Source: Camelus dromedarius (taxonomy: Eukaryota). From it: a stretch of 64,000 nt of DNA. The position numbers were made by a program, and so were the translations under genes. Below are positions 1 through 11,619 of this stretch, in pieces. Location: assembly GCF_036321535.1 (NCBI RefSeq), contig NC_087437.1, forward strand, positions 19,408,001 through 19,472,000, in the 5' to 3' direction. A model generated the notes under the pieces. It did not search any database. It saw only the letters and a program-made list of their open reading frames with translations, and was not told the origin of the DNA. The number at the start of each line of letters is the position of its first letter. Position 1 is the stretch's first letter.

Positions 1-157
1 GAAAATGCTCACTTACCTCAAAATTTTTTTTGTTTGTTTGAATCCAGATCCAAACAAATTTCAAACATTGCCATTGGCTGATATATCTCTTTTATTTTAT
101 GGTTTATCCTTTCATTAAAAAAATATAAATATATACATATATATTATATAGTCATAT

Positions 158-540
158 TCTTACAAAACAAAACTTGGGTCTGCTTGTCTGCGTGATTGAC
201 ACTGGGTTTATTTTAAGGCCCCAGACCAGACAAGGAATCCAGGGCAGTTGCTCAAAAAATTGAAATGCTCAGAAAATCCAAACTCCTCAATGGGTTTCAG
301 GGAAGTATTTTCAAATGTGAGGTGAGGGAGGCGTGTCCCAGAGTATGTAATCAGCTTGTGCAGAATTCTGATTGGTTGATTGCTTGATTCTTGACAAGAA
401 TCATAAATTCTTGAGCCAGGTTTTTGTGACTCAGGGGAAGCCTGGGAGACTGTAGCTTTTCTACAAACAGGAGGTAGGCAGAGGACATGGAGGGGAGGGA
501 CCTGTCCTGGGAAGACCTCACAGGGTCCTGCTCGGTTACA
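158..540 (-). mobile_element. ERV1-type solo LTR (cetartiodactyl LTR39-like)
   Basis: The minus strand starts TGTAACCGAGCAGGACCC and has CCAAT and AATAAA (about 206-211) near its 3' end. Family recalled, not searched. Confidence 0.6.
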
Positions 541-559
541 GTACCTTCCCTTTCTTAGA

Positions 560-828
560 TAAATAGTAGCATACCAAATACTTTTGAAAAAATTTAATGC
601 AATATCCTAGAGATCACTCACAGCAACACAGGCAGACCTTCCTCCTCCCCTTTGACAGTGGCAGAGGGCTCCACTGTGTGGACGTGTTTATTGAATCCAT
701 CCCCTACTGATGGACATGTTGGTTGTTTCCAGGCTTTTGCTATAATAAATGGTGTAGCAATAAGCAGGTGAAGTCTTTTTATATTTTTGTGAGTGTATCT
801 TTGGGATAGATTCCTAGTGGTGGGAATG
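560..828 (-). mobile_element. Old L1 3' fragment
   Basis: Typical L1 antisense text: tgatggacat..ggttgtttccag..ttttgctataataaat..ggatagattcctag. Confidence 0.6.
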
Positions 829-2584
829 AAGAAGTCAGTCTTATTAGAGTTTCAGTCTGCTTTTGGTCTTAAGTGGCCATTTCATCCGATGGAAGATACT
901 GTGGATAGAAGGACTGGAGATGTCCTGATTCCATGTCTTGCCATGTCATGACAGTGATGTGGGAATGGGTTTTGGTCAGAAGCAATTACTAAAGGAAATT
1001 TTCAGTGAGATGTCATTAGCAATTAGGTTGTATTAGAGTAACCAAAAGATGGAAATTTATCTGACATCCCTCCCCTGGGACATGCCCACAAAAGGACTAA
1101 AGTGGGAGGTAAGGCAGTTTATCTGAGAAGCTGGCCAATGAGGAGCAGCCTTTGGCAAGTTTTAGACAGAAGACAGATGTAGGCAGATTCTTAACCCCCG
1201 TGGTTCTTGCTCTGGTTTCAGTAAGCCCATTAGGCCAGTGGCTGGGTCGAAGTGGCCAATTTATTTAAACATTTTTTAAATCACTTGTCTTTCTCTTGGA
1301 GTAGTCTTTCTCAAGTACTTGGTGTACTTGGCCTTCAGGCACTGACATTTAACACAAGATTTATACATTTTGTCTTTTCACCTTGATGAGACTCATATCT
1401 TTTTGGCCAGTAATAAATTTGAAAAAAAAATGCATTATACATATTCACAACTCCCCCCACCCCTGCCTTTTAGGGAGGACGGTGGTTTTGTGTATTTTAT
1501 CCTAGGCCTTCTTGCGGTGCTCATCGGAGTGGAAGGGAGGGTTGGAGGTGGCCAGAAAGGCTGAGTTAGTGGTCAGGGCAAGCGCAGGCAGCTATCCTCT
1601 TGGAAGAAAAGGGGAGACTGGGAAAAGGTGAGGGATGGGGGTGAGGAGGCGGGAGTCCTTGCAGAGTCAAGGACTTTTCAGAAGTAATTGTTATGACCAT
1701 ATATGGGTTTTGTGCTGATGATACTGTCCTGGGTAAGATATGCCTCCCTCGAGTCTTCATTTTCAGAAGACAATAAGGCTCAGAGAGGCTTGGGACTTGC
1801 TCGAGGTCACATGGGACTGAATTTGCGTCTGGCCCTGCGTGACCCAAAACCCAGGGTCTAAACCCCCTATTATCTCCTGAGTGAAGCAGAGATCTCTGGG
1901 GCTCTTGGCAGGCTGGCTCTGATAAATAAGCCGGCAGAAGAAAACCCTAGAGAGGATGTAAGTCTCCCCCGCCGTTATCAATATGGGAGCAGGACTGGAA
2001 TCCCCATGTGACATGCAAGCACAGGGCATATATTCTAGGCAGAAAAAAATCTATAAACAGTTAAAGGTTAATTTACTTTTGTGAGGCTCTGGCCAGGTTT
2101 AAAAAGAACAAATCTTGCCAGACCAATGTTTTTTTGCATTCTTGGGGCCAAATTCTACAATGAAGAGATGAAAAGGAGGCAGCTGGGTAGACATACATTG
2201 ATTTTTGGGAAGCACATGACCAAGGACTCTGAGGGACATCCAGAGAGTGAATGTGGATCCGGGCTGTGCTGACCTGGACAAGGGGGAAGGCTTAGGAGGG
2301 GAGGCTGGGAGGGGTCTGGGGGTGCCAGGATCACCAGTTCAGCTCAGGGCTAGCCTCCAGGACAAAGTCTCTGTCCTGTCTCTTTAGAAGCAGTGGAGGT
2401 GGACAGTTTTTAGTGGGTTTGTGTTTCCAACAACTGAAGAAATAGTCCAGGAGCTCATTGATTCAGGGACAGAGAACACACTCCAAATAGCATTATTGCA
2501 AGCTTCATAGTAAATACCCTGCTCATCTGTGACCTTCCTTCCTGCTCCAACTGCCAACTGTCTCTGGATTGATAGAGCCCAGTA

Positions 2585-2740
2585 GAATGAAGAGCTGGTT
2601 TTAGGGTCAGACTGGTTTTGAATCCCAGGCCTCCTGTTTCCTAGCTGTGTGATCGTGGGTAAGTAGCTGAATGTCTCTGAGCCATCAACTCATAGCGTAG
2701 TTTTGAAGCGTGTGGCCCACACATCCTCAATAAATTTTAG
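2585..2740 (+). mobile_element. MIR SINE
   Basis: MIR core: gaatcccagg..ctagctgtgtgatcgtgggtaagt..tctctgagcc. Confidence 0.55.
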
Positions 2741-3189
2741 GTTCCATCTCTTCTTTGTCATTTGAGGCCTCTGACTGTGTGTCCTTAACGTCTTTTCTCA
2801 ACTCTATACCAGTTTCCCCTCAGCTCACCCTCTTGTGCTCTGTCTTCTGTGTCCTCACAGCCAAGTCCCCCTCCTGTAGATCCCTGGCCTGGATACCCTT
2901 CTTTTCCTCCTCTTCGTCCATCAAAGCCCCCACGTTCCAGTCTCACTGCGGTCTCCCCCTGAGCCCCCAGCGCCCTGAGCCCTCCCAGTCCTGGTGCGTT
3001 TGTTCACACTGCCTCAGGCGGGCAAAGCTTTCATTTCCAGGAAATTGCATGCAAAGATGTGAGCCTGCCTGCTTCAGCTCAGCGAGGCTGTCAGCGCTTT
3101 GTGGTCAGTGCCTGTGTCTCACAGCACCTGGTGGTGAGCTGGACACACAGTGGACACTCGCTGAGGGAACAGGGGGACATGTCAAAGCT

Positions 3190-3680
3190 GCCAGTGATGG
3201 ATGCTTTCAGCAAACATTCACTGGGCGCCTTGTGGGTGCCTGAAACTGGGCTGGATGCTGAAGATACTGCCACGTTTCCACGGACACAACCCCAAGGACC
3301 TTAAGGCTAGTGAAGGATAAATGTAACAAGTAGAGGCTTGTACAAGATGCTTCAAGGACAAGATGGTGGTTGAGCTCAGGGACTAAGTCTTGGAGGACAA
3401 GTAGGCATTTGCCTGACTGAGGGTGGAGAGGGCACTCCCGAGAGGGAAGAGCACGTGCAAAATCAGGGAGGTGTAGGAAAGCCTGGCATTTCCAGGGAGA
3501 CGTGTGGCTGCAGCATGGCTAAGGGGGAGCAGAGCGGGTGGGAGGGATGGCATGGCTTGACACAGTGGAAGGAAATGTTGGAGAGACAAGGGGGGCCAGG
3601 CCATGGGGAGCTTTAGACACCCTAGCAAGATACTTGGCCTCTATCCTGTAGGAAATGGGGAGCCACTGAAAAGTACAGTA
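3190..3680. mobile_element. L2 3' fragment
   Basis: caaacattcactgggcgcc..gtgcctgaaactgggctggatgctgaagatac and aatggggagccactgaa, both typical of L2. Confidence 0.5.
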
Positions 3681-4189
3681 CAAGAGTGTCACCAGGAAGG
3701 AGAGGAGGATGGCAGAGACATGCAGTCATGCTAATGGGCCCTGGGTATGAGCCTCTGTGCAGGCCAGCCAGCCCAGGAGGAACAGGGCATACGGTGGATG
3801 CTGTGGGCAGGGAATGACTCACCCGCCTTCCAGAGGATCGCCGGGGTGCACAATGGCAAGTCTTGTTCCTGTGCCGCCACGCCCCTGGGCTCTAGGGATG
3901 AGAGCAGGATGTGGAAGTCATCTGCCCACCATCCACAAATCCTCCACCATCTAAACTTCCTCCTTGTACCCACGCTCCAGCACACCGCCCACTGGCCCGT
4001 CTCCCTGCCCACTCACTCCTAGCCAGCACTGCCTACCCACCCAGCCATCCTCCTGTCCATCCTTCCAACCATCCATCCATTTTCATTTTAACACAGAGTT
4101 TCTCACTTCAGGGCGTAACTAGGGACTATAAAGGATGCAGAGAAAAGCTGGAGGCCTGTGGGGAGCTGCAAAAGCGGCTACAATGCACA

Positions 4190-4470
4190 ATACTTTGTTG
4201 CTCCACTTATGGAGAGAGGGGGGTGATTCCCCACCCCTTGAATCTGGGGTGGCCTCATGACTTGTTCTGACCAATAGATTTTGTGGCAGAAGGGATGTTG
4301 TAGTAGGTCTGGGCGAGGCCTCCAGACACCTTTTGGAACCAAACATGTGAGTGAGACCAGCCAAGATCAATTGATCGTGGCCCAGAAGCACCCGGCTAAC
4401 TGCTAGACTCGTGAGAAATAAGAAATGGTTCTCGTTTTAAGCCACTGAGATGTAGACTGATTTGTTTCAC
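4190..4470 (+). mobile_element. MaLR MLT1-type LTR
   Basis: ccaccccttgaatctgggg..tgacttgttctgaccaataga ... ttttaagccactgag. Confidence 0.6.
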
Positions 4471-6979
4471 ATTAAAGGCTCATTCCTGCAAAGACTCAAG
4501 GGAGTAGCATATTCAGACTCTTGCTTGCCTCTGCTTGGAGGAACTGTCTCTGCATTTGGAATTCTGGGGCCCTGGCCAAGGCGTTTGCCTTTATTTTCCT
4601 TAGCAGACGTTGAGCGGATGTAGAGCGGCCCCAGACGAGAGATGGTTGCATGACAACAGGGTGTGAGAAGCATCAAGGAGCAGCTTGAAATCTTCCCTTC
4701 CACAAAGCCTGATGAAGATGATGGTGACGATGAACCCAGCCCCTGTGTGAGGGCTCCTGTGACACGTTTTGTGACCATGATCTGATTTAATCATTGAGCC
4801 TCATGATGGGTAGGTATTCTCCCATCACTCTTTTACAGATATAAACAACCAAGTTGGAGAGATTAAGGCTCAAGTCTACACAGTTTTAAGTCAAAAAATA
4901 GCATGGTTCTAACTCAGTTCTGTGTAATCTCAAAGGCGGTGTCCTTTTCTGTGGTTACTGCTCTGGAGGGATTTCTCTGTGCTGCCTCCTTGGAGGTGTG
5001 AGGTGGGTTTCGATCTTTGTTGAGCTCACATCTTCCAGTGAGTTCTTTCTGTTGGTCTGGGGTCCACCTGAGGAACTGAGGAAACCAGTGTGTTTGGGTC
5101 TCTGGATGACCGGGCAACCATGTTGGATCCAAGGACAGGGGGCACCATGCAGCTTGCGGCAGAGAAGACAGAGCAAGGATGGAGGTTCCGGGAGGAAAGG
5201 GGCAATGAAACAGGAGTACAGCTGGTCAACTTTGGGCTTGGGATTGGGCTGACTTGCCCCGTGTGCACTGAGAATCCATGCAGGGTGAGGGGAGGGGACC
5301 CTCACAGTCCAACTCAGAGTTGGTCTGGAAATCTGCCTACCCTGACCACCCCCAGTCCATTCCAGTCTTTCCAGGTCAGGCAGTTTGAATGAATTTCTCC
5401 TTATTGACACTCTGACCCTTCTCTGATTCAGAGGGACAGAAAATCCCTTGTCAGCCTCAGTCACCTAATACAAAGCAGTCCCAACAAGAGCTTGGAGGAG
5501 GGGAGGTCCCCGGGGACCAGATCAGGAGGGAGGGTGTTCTAGGAGGTGGAGCTTGAGAGGATCCTGAGGAGTGAGTGATGTGCAGAGAGGCTTAGAGAGG
5601 CGGGCCGGGTGTCCCAGGTTAGAGAAACGGCCCACACGAAAGTTCAGAAGTGGGAAACCTGTGGCTGTTAATAGAGGCAGACAGGATTTGAAGCTGTCAG
5701 AGGCGAGGGTTCGTGGATGAGCCATCAGAAGACAGGCAGGAGCAAAATGGAGTGACTGGGCTTGGGGGCTCAAATGCTGACTGAGGAGCTGGGTCTTTTC
5801 CCGTGAGGTGCTGAGAGGATGCTGACGGTTCTTGATACCAGAGGGACAGCAGCTCCATATAAAGAAATTTTAGGAAGAATGGCCTTGGAAGGGGTGAAGG
5901 GCAGATGCTCTGCATCTTCTAAAAGCTCTACAGAGGACACACCCTTCTGCATTTCTTCTTCCTTTTCCCGACTCTCAGATAGTATATCCCAAAGAGAGAC
6001 CACTTGTCTCTGTCCTGGGGTTTTGTGACAACTTGGATCCCCAGCTCACTCCAGCTTACTGACTCACAGTCTGGGTGAGGCCAGAAAAGGGCACTTTGAC
6101 CAGGCTCTGCAGAGGATTCTTGTGCTCCCTGTATTTTGAAGACCCGACTTCTGGCCTCTTTACTGCTTTGTTGTCCTGGCCCCTTCCCTGCACCCTGGCT
6201 CAGCACTGGAGGATGCTGGGTGTGCGCTGGATACTGGGCTCTCCCAAGAGCCTGGGAGCAACCTGGGGGCAGGGCCTTGGCTTTCCTGCCTCTACTAGCA
6301 GGAGCTTGGTAGTGTTAGTCATCAGCACCATGGGAGGACCCTGTGAGCATGTGTAAGTGCTAAGATTTGAAATCATGTCCATGGCTGGCCCAGTGTTAAC
6401 GTGGACGTGAATGGGCTTGGCCTGGCTCTTCCAGGAAGACACTATTGCTCATAACTGCCACCATCACCCAGTCCACTGCTGCCAGGCTTTCCAGCTGGAC
6501 TGTGCTCTGGTCTCACTCGTTCACTCACTGTGCGTTTGAGTTAGTTTTCCTTTTTTCCCTGCCTCCTTCCTTCCTCCTCCTCCTCCTCTCCCCCACTCTC
6601 CCCTTAGCTACAAGCAACAGAAACAAATTATGGAGAATTTAGGAAATAAGGAAACTTACTGGAAGGATTACGAAGAATCTTGGGACAGGAGACAGGAAAG
6701 ACAAATGGGACCCTGTGCGGGGAACTGGTTAGGACCAGACCACCAGGACAGACCAGCCCCAGCCGTTTTTAGTGGTAGCTGTGTTCCGGATTTAAATTCT
6801 GGGGAGTGAGCACCTGGATATGCCTGGCCAGACTGAAGCCAGTGAGGAAAATCCTTAAAAGGAATTCAAGGTGCCGTTAGGAAGGGGCAGTGTGCGCCAG
6901 GCCTTCACCAGGTCATCTGGATGTCCATCTGTGGGGCACGTGGCCCCAGCACTGTGAGACCCTGAGCCTTGTCCTCTTG

Positions 6980-7444
6980 CACTAGGGAGGAACAGATCTG
7001 ACCCCATATTGGATCTGTTTCTTTTACTTTAACCTTTGTGTTCTATTGCTTTTGCTACAAGTTAATCACTAAAGGGATGTTGCCTGTAAGTTAAAACTAT
7101 ACATAATGGCCCATCTCTGGGAACCCTGCCTCCCAGGTAATGAGCATTAAGCTAAAATACCTTTGTTTAGTTCACAGGAAACTTCCTGACCAGGCTTACT
7201 TGTGAATGGCTGCAGGAAGGAAGCAATGAACACATCCCCCAACCAGGACTTTAACCCCTGCCTCTTCTAGTGTAAAAGAAGCTTGAATTCTAACTCAGGG
7301 AGGATGGTTCTTTGGGGCACTAGTCCACCATCTTCTCGGTCTGATAGCTTTCCAAATAAAGTCACCCTTCCTTACCCCAACACCTTGTCTCTTGATTTAC
7401 TGGCCTGTTGTGCTGCGAGCAGTATGAGCTTGGACTCGGTAGCA
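6980..7444 (+). mobile_element. ERV1-type solo LTR
   Basis: Begins tagggaggaacagatctgaccccatatt, has AATAAA at about 7355 and ends gagcttggactcggtagca. Length about 465 bp. Confidence 0.65.
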
Positions 7445-9714
7445 GGCTCAGGGTGCAGTCAGGGTGGGGAGACAGCCATGGAAACGGGGGCAACCAGGGC
7501 GGCTGGGGCTGTGACAGTGGGGCTTGCAGGGGCCGTAGGGTTATAAAGCAGAGGCGCTCCCCGGCTTGGTGGGAGGGAGGTCGTGGCAGAGGTTAGGAAG
7601 GTCTCTGGACAACATGACATCTTGAGATGCCAGGGAAATCCACCCTCACTTCACAAACATCCGTTTGCACAAACTTGCCGTGCTTCTGCCAAGAAGCCAG
7701 TTGGGTTTTGACCAAGTTAGGGCTCCCAGGGGTGTTGTGAGGGTCCAGACAATGCCCTGGGCTGCTGCAGGGGACTAAGACCTGCACCTGGCTCGACACG
7801 CCATGTCCCGAGCTTGATGCAGCCTCTCCTCGGGAAGGAAGACCTGCGTCCTCTGCAGGATCCCGCTAAGGGACTCACAAGTCCAGCTGCAGCTCACTTA
7901 CTCTGCCTTCCCCAGGGAAGCCAGGCTCTCCCAGACCCACAGGACTCAAGCCCATGCCTGTGGGCCTGGGGCAGGGGTAGGGGTCGGGGTGGAGTGGACT
8001 CCATCTAGCTTCTGCTCAGCCTGCCCTTGACCCCGGCCCATCCGCCCACAGTGGAGGGGGGAGTGAAGAAGGAGTGATTGACACCCGGCTGCCATCCCAC
8101 CCTTCCTTCCCTTTCTCCCTCCAGGAGCATGTGTCTCCCACCAGCATCCCTTCCTGTGGCACGGCCTCAGCAGAGCAGGAGCAGGAGGGGCGTACCCAAA
8201 CGGCCGGGTCACTTTGGGATTCTGTGGGCGCTTACCCGGGTGTTGGAAGGGTCCATCCCTTTCCTCCCTGACCACCCTCTGCCCTTGCAGAAAAATCACT
8301 GCCACGTGGACTAGGTGGACAAGTCCATCCCGGGCCAGTGAGTCTCTGAAATTCTAGATTTGTGACACTGAGGCAGGGTTTAGGGTGGGGGGGGGGTCAC
8401 GTGGACGCAGGTGTGCGGCTGCTGGGTGATGAGCAGCAGGTGAGGCTCCTAGAAGCCAGTCCGGGGAGGGGGCAGCGAGGGAGGAAGCATTAGAGGAAGA
8501 GGAGGAGGAGCGGGATGGGGAGGGGGCGGGGGGGAGGTGGGGGAATGTCAATTTCCTCTTTCTCTCCAGTTTCTCGAGAACCTTGTTTACATGTTATTTA
8601 GGTGACTTCGAGGAGTTCCTGTGTACAAAAAGAAAAAAGAATCCTTGACGAAGGCACCCAGCAATCCGGGAATAACGTTTACCTACTGACTGCTGGGTCT
8701 CTCTGTGGAGACGGAGCTCCTGAAATTCTTCCTCACAGATTACCTACTGAAATGAAGAGAGAGATACTGCTTTGGCTTGTATGAAAGATAAATGAAGGTG
8801 CCTCCCTGCGAAGGAGTAAGGAAATGAAAATTTAAGCCGCTCTATGAGATTCTCTTTTTTCAAAAAATTCAATTTACTTAAAAAAAAAATCAATCTGGTA
8901 ACATCGATTAGAATAAAAAGGACACATACCATTTGACCCAGCAGTACCACTGCTGGGAATCTATCCCACAAAAGCACTGGCTTGTATGGGTTTATGTATA
9001 AGGGTGTTTACTGAAGTAAAAATCTGGGAAAGAAACTTTTTAGATAAGAGCTTTGTAAATGGCTCCTTTGAGTTCGTGTTCCTCATATTATTAAGTGTGT
9101 GTGTGTATAAAAGGATTCCGAGTGCACATGTGCTTCAAAAACACTGATTTATACAAAGTTAAACAGGTGTGTTTATCATGGGCTTCTCAGAGCTATTAAG
9201 ATGCTTATTCAGATACTATTTTATGAAATATTTATTAAGCTCCCATTGTGAGCCAGGAGTTGTGCTGGGGAAAATGAACAATGAACAAATTCTTGCTTTC
9301 AGGGAACTTGGAGTTACTGCCAAATGAGTCATTTCAAGAGTGATGAAACTCTTTTACAAAAGAGGAGAGCAAGGAGCTAGGAGTACAGGGGGCAAGTCTA
9401 ACTTAGTTGGGATTCAGAGAGGACTTCCTGGAGGAAGCGACTTGAGGCGGAGAACTGAAGAAGAAATGGGAATTAACCCAAAGGAGGGGAGAAGGGAGAC
9501 AGCTTGCAGGCAGAGGGAACCACATATGCAGAAGCACTGATGATCAGGGAAGGGTGGGTGTGAGAAACTGCAAAAAGTCAGCCAGGCTGGAGCAGAGTGA
9601 AAGGGCCAAGGGCCTGGGGCGGGTGGGGCAGGAGGAAAGTTGAGGGGGAGGATGCGAAGAGCAGGATCCTCACTGGTAAAGCATGTAACGAAGCTCAGGA
9701 GGATTTTTTAAAGA

Positions 9715-10367
9715 CACCTTTATTGAGGTATAATTTAAACACCACAAAATCTACCTATTTTATGTGTGTAGTTTGATGACCTTTAGTACATTTATATACT
9801 TGTGCAACTGTCACAGCAATCTAGTTTTAAAACATTCCTGTCACCCCCCAAAATTCCCTCGTGCCCATGTGCAGTCAATCCCCACTCCTACCCTCAGGCA
9901 ACCACTGGTCCGCCTTCTGCCTCTGTAGTTTTGCCTTTTCTGGAAATCTCATATTAATGGAATTATGTAACACATCAACCTATATGCCTGGCTCCTTTCA
10001 CTTGGCATGTCTTTGAGGTTCATCCACTTTGTTTCAGTATCTATCACTAGTTCATCCTTTTAATTGCTGAATAGTATTCCCTTGCATGGACGTATGTAAC
10101 ACATTTGTTTATCCATTTACCAGTTGATGGGTATCTGAATTTTCCCAGTTTTGGGTTATAATGAATACTGCTGCCATAAACATTCACAGCTAAGTCTGAG
10201 TGGATAAACGAGTTCGTCTCTCTCGGGCGGATACCTAGGAGTGGGATTGCTGGGTTGATTCTAACCATTCCAGCTGGTAGCTCACTGTAGCTCTCTAAAG
10301 ACAGACGGGGCTGAGCATCTCTTCTGTGCTTATTTGTCATCCTTACGTCATCTTTGGTGAGGTGTCT
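9715..10367 (-). mobile_element. Old L1 (L1MB/L1MC-like) 3' end; continues at 10923-10975 and 11620-11740
   Basis: tttattgaggtataatt.. terminus. The minus-strand translation gives NPAIPLLGI..REYYSAIKR, the L1 ORF2 C-terminus. Confidence 0.8.
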
Positions 10368-10922
10368 TGTTTCTGGGATTCCACATTTGATGACTTGCTT
10401 GAAGCACTCACAAGACTCAGAGGCAAAGGGTTATTATGGTGAAAGGATGCACAACAGGGCTGGCCAGGGGAAAAGGCACATGGGGTGGAGCCCGGAGGAG
10501 CCCAGGTGAAGGCTTCCAAAGTTCTCCTTCCTGAGGGGAAGACGTACACAACATGCTTCTTCCTCCAGCAGCGAAGCACAGCAACACCGTGCCTTGTTTC
10601 TGCCCAGGGGAGCCTGCCTGAGACTCAGGCTCCATGGTTTTCATCGTGGGCTGGTGATGTCGGCGCTCTGCCTGCACAACCAGCCATGATTACTGACATT
10701 CCAGACTCCTAGAAGGAAAGCAGGTGTTTGCTATAAATCACACTGCTTGTACAAACCGTCTAGGCAAGCTGGTACACCCGGATTCTGTGCCCCAGGCAGA
10801 CAAAACAGCCTTATCAGTTAGCAATGTAGGCAATATTCCAAAAGCCAACTTCTCAGATGCCAGCCAAAGGCCAGCCTTCTATTGAGCAGCACTGAGCTGC
10901 TGTGTTGACCCTCCCGTGCACG
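10368..10922. mobile_element. MER21-type LTR inserted into the L1, with TGTCT target-site duplication
   Basis: TG...GCAC(G) termini. TGTCT at 10363-10367 and 10923-10927. The L1 text resumes across the insertion. Confidence 0.75.
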
Positions 10923-10979
10923 TGTCTAGTCCAATCTTTGGGTTATTTTAAACTGGGTTTTTATTCTTTCTGTCTTTTA

Positions 10980-11063
10980 TTTTAATTTAATTTAAAAAAT
11001 TTTAAATTGAAGTATAGTTGATTTATAATGTGTTAATTTCTGGTGTACAGCATAGTGATTCAG

Positions 11064-11119
<56 letters not shown>

Positions 11120-11619
11120 TCCTTTCCATATTCTTTTTCATTATAGGCTATTACAAGTTATTGAATATAGTTCCCTGTGCTTTACAGTAGGTCTTTGTTG
11201 TTTATCTATTTTATATATAGTAGTGTGTATCTGCAAATCCCACACTCCCATTTTATCCCTCCCAACTCCCCTTTCCTGGTAACCGTAAGTTTTTCTTTTG
11301 CTTTCACTTAGTGTGATAATATCTAGGTCCATCCATGTTGCAGCAAATGGCGTTATTTCATTCTTTCCTATGGCTGAGTAGTATTCCACTGTATAAATAT
11401 ACCACATCTTCTTTACCCAGTCATCTGCTGATGGACATTTAGTTTGCTCCCATGTCTTGGCTACTGTAAATAGTGCTGCTATGAACATTGGGTGTATGTG
11501 TCTTTTCAAGTTAGTTTTCTCCAGACATGTGCCCAGGAGTGGGATTGCTGGATTACAGGGTAAGTCTATTTTTAGTTTTTTAAGGAATCTCCATACTGTT
11601 TTCCATAATGGCTGTAGCA
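10980..11619 (-). mobile_element. Younger cetartiodactyl-type L1 3' end
   Basis: ORF 11141..11620(-) reads QPLWKTVWRFLKKLKIDLP..FIAALFTVAKTW..KMWYIYTVEYYSAI, the L1 ORF2 C-terminus, followed by 3' UTR. Confidence 0.9.
11066..11117. repeat. (TA)n microsatellite
   Basis: About 26 TA units seen directly. Confidence 0.95.

Noticed and set aside
830..1345. Possible processed pseudogene or LTR
   Set aside because: I found no ORF, poly(A) or TSD. It looks LTR-like, but I cannot assign it without a repeat search.
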